Shown: positions 52,456 to 58,635 of the stretch, one piece after another
Layout of the letters: each line of letters opens with the position of its first letter
How positions within the stretch are numbered: position 1 is the first letter of the stretch
Made by a program: the position numbers and the translations under genes
NCBI GenBank assembly: GCA_044373665.1
Contig: JBIPNH010000005.1
Location: forward strand, 1-58,635
Direction: 5' to 3'
Source of the DNA: Bacteroidia bacterium
GTDB taxonomy: Bacteria; Bacteroidota; Bacteroidia; NS11-12g; UBA955
Length of the DNA: 58,635 nt
Notes under the pieces: model-generated
Told to the model about the DNA's origin: nothing
The model's input: the letters and a program-made list of their open reading frames with translations, nothing else
Databases searched by the model: none

Positions 52456-55128
52456 GTAAATAAAGCCTTTGTAGTAATACGCCTTTTTTTCAAAACTCTT
52501 TACCGCAATTTGGTAATAATAGATGCCCTCTTGACAAATTTCGCCTTTGTAAGTGCCATCCCACTCTAATTGATTGCCACTGTATTTTACCAGAATTTCT
52601 CCCCATCTATTAAAAATGATAAGTTCAGCCTCTTTTAATGACTCTATTTGAGGTTTCCAAGTTTCATTGAGTCCATCTTTGTTAGGTGAGAATGAATTGG
52701 GAATTAATATGCTGTATGGACTGTGAACCTTAATTGTTTTGCTTATAGTGTCATTGCAATTGTGTTCATTTTGAGCAATTAAGGCCACATCAAAACTGCC
52801 TGTTCTTTTAAACTGGTGTTGAATGTCTGTGGTTTGGTAGTTACTAGTGTCCGAAATGAACCACAAATATTGGTTTGCTTTTATTGATTTATTGTCAATA
52901 GAAACAATGGGATTTGAGATGATTAGGTCGTAAGAAGAAGCGTTAAAATCGGCTTTAGCTTGAGGATGAACAGTAATTGTGTCAGAGAGGACAACACAGG
53001 TTTTGTCTTCACTAATTTTTTGATGGAGTAACAAGGTATAAATTCCTTCATTATCGAATGTTAAAGGAATAGGACTTTCTATTTTGCCGCTTTCTGTGTT
53101 AACGGTTTGTTGCTTACTGTTATTGATGTATAAGTCCCAAAGAAAAGGAGTAACAATGCTCGATGATTTTGAAGAGGGGATATTTAGAATTGTTCGGAAA
53201 GGTTCACAACCAGATTTTAAACCTATTAAGCTTGTATTATTGAGTTCGGGTACAACCCATATTTTTGATTTTAGGAGTATTGGATTAGAGCAATTGTCGG
53301 AAATATTCAACAGAATAGTTGTAGATTGCTTTGGGAAGTATTGGATGGTTTCGGTGTTGCCCAATATTTCGCCGGTAAGAGAATCGGTCCAAGAAAAGGA
53401 GAGGGCTTTTGTACTCGATTGGTTAATGGCCTTTAGTGTAATAGAATCACCTGAGCAAAAATAGGGTTCAAATGAATTTATGGTATGGTTTGCTCTGAGT
53501 ATTTTCTTTAGATTGAAGTAAAAAGTATCGTTTTTGCTACATTTCATTGCGGCAATGACCATGTAATTTTCTTCAACATCATTGGTGTTGAAATTAAATG
53601 TCACTTGATTTTTGCTTTTTAAAACGTTTAACAAACTTAATGAATTGCCATTTTGTTTATATAGACTTACAACAGCTGTGGAATCATTGATGTTATTGAT
53701 TATGTCAATTTTTAATTGATATAAGGAATTAACGCAGACAGTATCTTTGTTTTTTGGTGCGCTTAAATTAAAAAGCTTTGTTTTTGCTTCACAAGTTTGA
53801 CCACATACTAAACTTACGTTATAATTAAAATTAGCAACGGTTGAATTGATGTTATTCAATTGAATGTTTTTTACCAGTGTGAGAATTGAAGTGGTATGTT
53901 TGGGGACTTTAATTGTGTTGAGTTCGTGGCTTAAAACATTAAGACAACTTAATTCACTCAAAGAAATATTGCTAATTATAGCTTTACTTTTCGCCTTATT
54001 GGTGGATTCGGAGAGATAGCCTGCAACTAATATTTCATTATTTTTTGTAACATCAACATAAGCAGGTCCACTTGTATGCTTTGTATTATCTATTTCTTTG
54101 AATTGATAGTATGTTGTTTGCTTTAAATCATTATTATCTATAATTTGGAACAACATGTTAATTTCATTTCTTTGTTTATGGAATGTTCCAATTACAAATT
54201 TATTCAAATTGGGTAGAAATTTTATTGAAGATCCTCGTGTAGCATTGCCGTTTAAAACTTTGTATAATTGAATTCTTTCTAATGTGTCTTTTTTAGTGTT
54301 ATAAATGGCAATACCTTGGAAAGTTGGGTCACTATAGCCTGAGTTTACAACTACAGATAATGCTATTAAATCGGTACCCTCAATATTGCAAATATTGTCA
54401 AAACCGCTGTTGAAATAAGATCCCATGCTAAAATCATATTTCCGAATTTTTAATAGATTTCCATTGTCTGGATTAAAAGTGAGAATTCCGCTGTCGAAAA
54501 TTGAACCATTACTTAATGCTCCTGCTAAAATAATATCACCGTCACTAGATTCTGTGAGGCAATATGTAAGTTCGTTGCCTCCAGAGATGTCTTGTTCTTT
54601 AGCCCATTTTACAACCCCATCTTTTGACATTCTTCCAATAAAGTGGGTGTATGGATTGTTGCTCATCCCAAGAAAAATATAATCATCTGAATTGTTTTTA
54701 CTCATTTGATATATTCTTAGTATCTTATTTTGAAGGCCATTGCTAGCGTTAGTAATACTTTTGCTAAATAAAATTGCTCCCTGATTGCTTTCAACTTTTA
54801 GCATAAATGAATAATTAGGATTGTAGCCACCAACAACAACAATATTTTTGTCGGCATCTATCATAAAATCAAATGCAAAGTCATTTGAATTACCACTTAA
54901 ATCATATTTTTTTGACCATACAATATTGTTGTTATTGTCGTGTTTGTTTATGACAATGTCTGTAGCGCCATTTTGTGTTTCGTTAACAACACTTATTTTG
55001 TAATCATCATTTAAGGACTTGTATCCAATGGCTTGTGATAAATTATCTGAACTTAGAAACTTAATACTATTTTGAGCAAATACATTCAAACAAAGGGCTA
55101 AAAAGATTGAAAGTAATTTGTGTTTCAT
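52447..55128 (-). CDS. Large secreted protein with T9SS type B (gliding-motility CHU_C-type) C-terminal sorting domain
   Basis: 893 aa with a signal peptide (MKHKLLSIFLALCLNVFAQ). The C-terminus reads IPNSFSPNKDGLNETWKP...IFNRWGEILVKY...WDGTYKGEICQEGIYYYQI. The N-terminal 800 aa have no nameable domain. Confidence 0.8.
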   Translation of the reverse strand: MKHKLLSIFLALCLNVFAQNSIKFLSSDNLSQAIGYKSLNDDYKISVVNETQNGATDIVINKHDNNNNIVWSKKYDLSGNSNDFAFDFMIDADKNIVVVGGYNPNYSFMLKVESNQGAILFSKSITNASNGLQNKILRIYQMSKNNSDDYIFLGMSNNPYTHFIGRMSKDGVVKWAKEQDISGGNELTYCLTESSDGDIILAGALSNGSIFDSGILTFNPDNGNLLKIRKYDFSMGSYFNSGFDNICNIEGTDLIALSVVVNSGYSDPTFQGIAIYNTKKDTLERIQLYKVLNGNATRGSSIKFLPNLNKFVIGTFHKQRNEINMLFQIIDNNDLKQTTYYQFKEIDNTKHTSGPAYVDVTKNNEILVAGYLSESTNKAKSKAIISNISLSELSCLNVLSHELNTIKVPKHTTSILTLVKNIQLNNINSTVANFNYNVSLVCGQTCEAKTKLFNLSAPKNKDTVCVNSLYQLKIDIINNINDSTAVVSLYKQNGNSLSLLNVLKSKNQVTFNFNTNDVEENYMVIAAMKCSKNDTFYFNLKKILRANHTINSFEPYFCSGDSITLKAINQSSTKALSFSWTDSLTGEILGNTETIQYFPKQSTTILLNISDNCSNPILLKSKIWVVPELNNTSLIGLKSGCEPFRTILNIPSSKSSSIVTPFLWDLYINNSKQQTVNTESGKIESPIPLTFDNEGIYTLLLHQKISEDKTCVVLSDTITVHPQAKADFNASSYDLIISNPIVSIDNKSIKANQYLWFISDTSNYQTTDIQHQFKRTGSFDVALIAQNEHNCNDTISKTIKVHSPYSILIPNSFSPNKDGLNETWKPQIESLKEAELIIFNRWGEILVKYSGNQLEWDGTYKGEICQEGIYYYQIAVKSFEKKAYYYKGFIYLK

Positions 55129-55163
55129 AGTTTTAAATCACTTTTTATTTAAAAAAGGATATA

Positions 55164-55171
55164 CAAATTTA
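55164..55171 (-). promoter_or_regulatory. Candidate -7 promoter box (TAAATTTG) for the T9SS type B cargo gene
   Basis: Exact TAnnTTTG match on the minus strand, 35 nt upstream of the ATG at 55128. Confidence 0.35.
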
Positions 55172-55191
55172 ATCAATTCGCTCCAAATTTT

Positions 55192-56100
55192 CTAACGTTT
55201 TTTTGCCCTTGGATGATAAAGGGCAATGGTTTCTTTTAAGTATTTTTTGTCCAAATGTGTGTAAATTTCGGTTGTCGTTATACTCTCGTGCCCCAACATT
55301 TGCTGAACTGCTCTTAAATCTGCACCACCATTCACCAAACTTGAGGCAAAGGAATGGCGAAAGGTGTGCGGACTTATCGATTTTTTAATTTGTGCTTTTT
55401 CTGCCAACTGTTTGATGATTTTAAAAACAAATATTCGACTCAAAACCCCGCCTCGTTGGTTCAAAAAAACCATGTCACTGTTGCTTTTTATGGCAGGTAA
55501 GTGAACCCGTGTTTCTTCTATGTATATTTTTAGTGCTTTTAATGCCACTTTGCTTATCGGCACTAATCTTTCTTTGTTTCCCTTACCACTTACTTTTATA
55601 AAGGTATCCTTGTAATAAATTTCTGATATTTTTAAACCAACCAATTCGCTTACTCTTAGTCCGCAAGCAAATAAAGTTTCTATTATTGCCTTGTCGCGAT
55701 GACCCATTGGTTTACTCAAGTCTATTTGGTTCAGCATTGCATTTATCTCGCTTACTTCTAACACATCGGGCAAACTTCTTTTGAGTTTAGGTAGCTCAAT
55801 AAACTGAGTTGGATCTTGGTCTATCTCATCTTCCATCAATAAATAATGATAAAAAGCCCTCAATCCACTAATCATTCTTGCTTGACTTGTGGCTGCAATA
55901 CCTATTTGACTTAATGCCATAATGAAAGCTTGAAGATGCTTGTACTCAACCTCTTTAGGGCCTATGGTTGGAAATTCTAATTGAAGGTATTTTTCTATAG
56001 AATGAATGTCGTGCAGATAGGCGTCAATGCTATTAACCGACAATGATTTTTCAAGTTGGAGATAAAGTTTGAACCCTTTGATGGCACTGTGCCAATCCAT
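55192..56100 (-). CDS. xerD: Tyrosine site-specific recombinase XerD
   Basis: 302 aa with an N-terminal SAM-like core-binding domain. The catalytic residue contexts are ACGLRVSEL, HTFRHSFAS, LGHESITTTEIYTHL. Confidence 0.85.
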   Translation of the reverse strand: MDWHSAIKGFKLYLQLEKSLSVNSIDAYLHDIHSIEKYLQLEFPTIGPKEVEYKHLQAFIMALSQIGIAATSQARMISGLRAFYHYLLMEDEIDQDPTQFIELPKLKRSLPDVLEVSEINAMLNQIDLSKPMGHRDKAIIETLFACGLRVSELVGLKISEIYYKDTFIKVSGKGNKERLVPISKVALKALKIYIEETRVHLPAIKSNSDMVFLNQRGGVLSRIFVFKIIKQLAEKAQIKKSISPHTFRHSFASSLVNGGADLRAVQQMLGHESITTTEIYTHLDKKYLKETIALYHPRAKKR

Positions 56101-56101
56101 T

Positions 56102-56959
56102 TTATTTTAATGAGATTTGACGGACATTAACCACTTCATTGGTTATAGCATCTGTAACCACACAAACAAGATAACAATTGGCAGGTACTATGTTTGAAGG
56201 TATTTCATAACTTAATTCTTTTTCAAATACTCTGCCCGCTACCAAAGATTCTTTGAGCGGATTGCCCGTAGATAGTCCGAAAGCGTAACGCAAAACATGG
56301 TTGTGTATGTAATCGTCTTTAGGTTTGGCGCCATCTGGCATTGCTTGTTTGCTTTCTACGTTGTTCTCGGTTAAAAACAAGGAGTATTTGTGCGTGCTTG
56401 ACTCGTTTTCTGTGTAGGTTAATTTTAATTTAGCCGTTACCAAATTAGCGTTCAATGTTTTTTCGATTTCAATATTAACTTTAGTTTTTAATTTAAGTCT
56501 TGTGTTTACTAGATTTCCCCAAGTCGTATAAGCATTGAAACGAACTGTTTGAGGAGAAATGATAGCTCTGTCCACATAGCCGGAAGGTAATCCTGTTGGA
56601 GCACCTAAGGCATCTACAATCTGAAAGCTATACATATTAGTTAAGTCAGGAAATCCACTGTAAGGGGTCGTAAAGTTGGGAAGGTGAGTCGTGTAAACGC
56701 CTATTAAAACAACACTGTCTTCGGTTTTTTGGGTGATTATTTCTTTAGCTTTTGTCGCTGCTTTTGGACAATTGTTGCACTGAACTCCCGTAATGTCTTC
56801 AATTAACACCGCTTTGTGTTGAGGTGCAGGAATATTGCTGGTAATATAGGTGGTGTCTTTGGTTTGTTCCGTAGCCCCAAAGTCAATAAAAGGAGGAACT
56901 TCTTCGCAAGAGGTTAAAATAAATAAGAATAATGATGTTAACAATAAACTATTTTTCAT
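56102..56959 (-). CDS. Omp28-related outer membrane lipoprotein (tentative)
   Basis: 285 aa with a lipoprotein signal (LFLFILTSC). The IEDITGVQCNNCPKA segment resembles the Omp28 family as I remember it. The family call is unverified. Confidence 0.5.
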   Translation of the reverse strand: MKNSLLLTSLFLFILTSCEEVPPFIDFGATEQTKDTTYITSNIPAPQHKAVLIEDITGVQCNNCPKAATKAKEIITQKTEDSVVLIGVYTTHLPNFTTPYSGFPDLTNMYSFQIVDALGAPTGLPSGYVDRAIISPQTVRFNAYTTWGNLVNTRLKLKTKVNIEIEKTLNANLVTAKLKLTYTENESSTHKYSLFLTENNVESKQAMPDGAKPKDDYIHNHVLRYAFGLSTGNPLKESLVAGRVFEKELSYEIPSNIVPANCYLVCVVTDAITNEVVNVRQISLK

Positions 56960-56964
56960 ATTGA

Positions 56965-56972
56965 CAAAGATA
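56965..56972 (-). promoter_or_regulatory. Candidate -7 promoter box (TATCTTTG) for the omp28-like/xerD unit
   Basis: Exact TAnnTTTG match on the minus strand, 5 nt upstream of the ATG at 56959. Confidence 0.4.
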
Positions 56973-57082
56973 CATAGTTTTTGTTAAATTTATTAGTTTT
57001 TCAGTGTAAATGAATCTAAATTTGCAATTGATTTTTTCAAGATTAGTAAGTTAAGCAACGTTTAATCTTTATAAATCACAAT

Positions 57083-57165
57083 GCCCACGTGGTGAAATTG
57101 GTAGACACGCCACCTTGAGGGGGTGGTTTCCTTAGGATGTGCAAGTTCGAATCTTGTCGTGGGCA
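57083..57165 (+). tRNA. tRNA-Leu (anticodon GAG), type II with long variable arm
   Basis: Hand-folded. The acceptor is GCCCACG/CGTGGGC with discriminator A. The D arm is GTG-AAATTGGTAGA-CAC. The anticodon stem is CCACC/GGTGG with loop TTGAGGG. The variable arm is TTTCCTTAGGATGT. The T arm is GCAAG-TTCGAAT-CTTGT. No encoded CCA. Confidence 0.9.
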
Positions 57166-57232
57166 CTTTACTCATAGTTTAAAATAGAGTTTCAATTTCC
57201 TGAAAAATCTCTTGAAAACCCTCATTCCTCAT

Positions 57233-57832
57233 TTATTTTTTCCAAAATGACAACGATAAATTCTCGTCATGTTCTATTAATTGATAAGAGTTGGGTATGT
57301 GTTCATGCGAGGTGAAATAACTGATTAAACAAGTTCCCTTTTCTTTTTTTTCTAATTCGTTTTTTGCAAATTGAGTGTATTCGTTGAAAGCTTTGGTCTT
57401 TAATGGAATTGCAGTATCAATCGTGTTTTCTAATACAATATTTTCGAAAAAAGGGTTGTAGTAATAAAAACAATCGTAAGGTCGAAAGTCTGTTTCTGTA
57501 ATACTTTGATTGATAAATGAAACTTGACTTAATTGGTAGGAATGGGCAATAGATTGAGCGTACAAGTGAAGGTTTTTTCTTATTTCAACTCCAGTTATTT
57601 TTGCGTCTGTGAGTGCTGAGGCTATCATGCAAAATTTACCAACGCCCGAACCTATATCCAAAATATTCTTACAGTTTTCTTGACTGATGAATTCAGCACA
57701 TTTTTGTATAATCTCAAAAGGGGTCCAGTGGATTTCAGCTTGTTTGCGAATCGATTCGGGAAACAATAAATTAAACTCTTTATCGCTAATTTCTATTCCA
57801 TTTCGGATTTTATCAAACAGCATTTCTACCAA
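57233..57832 (-). CDS. Class I SAM-dependent methyltransferase
   Basis: 199 aa with motif I ILDIGSGVGKF and an acidic post-I residue (GVEIR). It overlaps the kdsC stop by 7 nt. Confidence 0.7.
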   Translation of the reverse strand: MVEMLFDKIRNGIEISDKEFNLLFPESIRKQAEIHWTPFEIIQKCAEFISQENCKNILDIGSGVGKFCMIASALTDAKITGVEIRKNLHLYAQSIAHSYQLSQVSFINQSITETDFRPYDCFYYYNPFFENIVLENTIDTAIPLKTKAFNEYTQFAKNELEKKEKGTCLISYFTSHEHIPNSYQLIEHDENLSLSFWKK

Positions 57833-58347
57833 TTATGGGTGTTGTCATTCCACCATTTTTCTTGAATTTTCATGGTTTTTTCAATAATGTCTCTAACGCA
57901 ACCTTTGCCACCATCAATGGGTGAAACATAATGGCATATCTTTTTAATATCAATAGCGGCATCTGCAGGGCAAGTAGCAACTCCAACTTTTTTTAATAGG
58001 GTATAGTCGGGCAAGTCATCACCCATATACAGAATATCACTCTCTTCTAATTGGTGTTTTCTTAAAAATTGGTTAAAAGCTTCCTCTTTGTTCGACTGAC
58101 CCAAATAAATATCTTTAACTCCCAAGGTTTCAAATCGCTTTAAAATACCGCTTGATTTACCTCCAGAAATGATGGCAATAGGATATTTGTTTTTTACGGC
58201 ATGTTGAATGGCATAACCGTCTTTGATATTGAAAGTTCTTAAGAAAAAACCATCCTCAGTCGCCATTATTCTACCATCGGTCATTACACCATCTACATCA
58301 AATATAAAGGCTCTTACTTTTTTTAAGTTATCGAAAATGAGTTCCAT
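57826..58347 (-). CDS. kdsC: 3-deoxy-D-manno-octulosonate 8-phosphate phosphatase (HAD-IIIA)
   Basis: 173 aa with FIFDVDGVMTDG, FNIKDGYAI, ISGGKS and YMGDDLPD. Confidence 0.88.
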   Translation of the reverse strand: MELIFDNLKKVRAFIFDVDGVMTDGRIMATEDGFFLRTFNIKDGYAIQHAVKNKYPIAIISGGKSSGILKRFETLGVKDIYLGQSNKEEAFNQFLRKHQLEESDILYMGDDLPDYTLLKKVGVATCPADAAIDIKKICHYVSPIDGGKGCVRDIIEKTMKIQEKWWNDNTHNW

Positions 58348-58354
58348 AGTGTTG

Positions 58355-58635
58355 TTAATTTAAGGTTTTTATTAATTCGTCGTAAAGGATGTAGGCAGCC
58401 ATTTCCGACCCTTCGTTTGAAAAGTGAAATCCGTTGTAATAGAATCGGGAATCCTTAGGCATTCTCGAAGATAAGGGAATAAATGGCGTATTTGTTTTTT
58501 TGGAAACTTCAAAGGCTACTTTATTGTATTGTTTAACAATCAATGCCATCGTTTTGCCATTTAATGTTCCTGTTTTTATTTGACCTAAGTTTACGTTACT
58601 GAAAAGGTCTTTGTCTTCTGTAAACAAGATACTTT
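58355..58635 (-). CDS. C-terminal part of a probable SGNH/GDSL-type hydrolase (runs off right edge)
   Basis: The frame stays open to the window end. The tail NGFHFSNEGSEMAAYILYDEL resembles the DxxH block V of SGNH hydrolases, but with N in place of D. Confidence 0.45.
   Translation of the reverse strand, partial: SILFTEDKDLFSNVNLGQIKTGTLNGKTMALIVKQYNKVAFEVSKKTNTPFIPLSSRMPKDSRFYYNGFHFSNEGSEMAAYILYDELIKTLN

Noticed and set aside
55192-57165. Tyrosine recombinase about 1 kb from tRNA-Leu as the signature of an integrative element
   Set aside because: The recombinase has the size and motifs of housekeeping XerD. It lies on the 5' side of the tRNA rather than abutting its 3' end. I saw no direct repeat of the tRNA 3' end, and the flanking genes are ordinary (kdsC, methyltransferase, omp28-like).

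Overview
This is a low-GC Bacteroidota-type chromosomal segment. The assignment rests on two T9SS C-terminal sorting domains, a type III glutamine synthetase, exact TAnnTTTG -7 promoter boxes in front of many genes, and a dcw cluster without murF. The conserved core is a complete minus-strand dcw operon, mraZ-rsmH-ftsL-ftsI-murE-mraY-murD-ftsW-murG-murC-ftsQ-ftsA-ftsZ-yraN (33.5-48.9 kb), with MraZ operator repeats upstream. Other housekeeping genes are ftsK, lolA, trhO, tspO, glnN, an msbA-like/waaA LPS block, ruvB, htrA, an acyl-CoA dehydrogenase, lplA, xerD, tRNA-Leu(GAG) and kdsC. Accessory content is as follows. (1) An ABC/HlyD/TolC export operon whose ABC ATPase has degenerate catalytic motifs. 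(2) A UvrD-type helicase fused to a Cas4/AddB-like nuclease. (3) Two large T9SS cargo proteins. (4) A roughly 5.3 kb insert between ftsK and lolA. It holds an AAA+/wHTH/PD-(D/E)XK-like ATPase bracketed by phased 24-nt palindrome arrays, followed by a very low-GC lipoprotein plus TonB-dependent-receptor-like pair. This is my best candidate for an undescribed system. (5) A Fic-like protein lacking the catalytic motif, followed by three tandem 169-bp hairpin-rich repeats. All functional calls come from reading the translations and motifs by eye. No database search was run.
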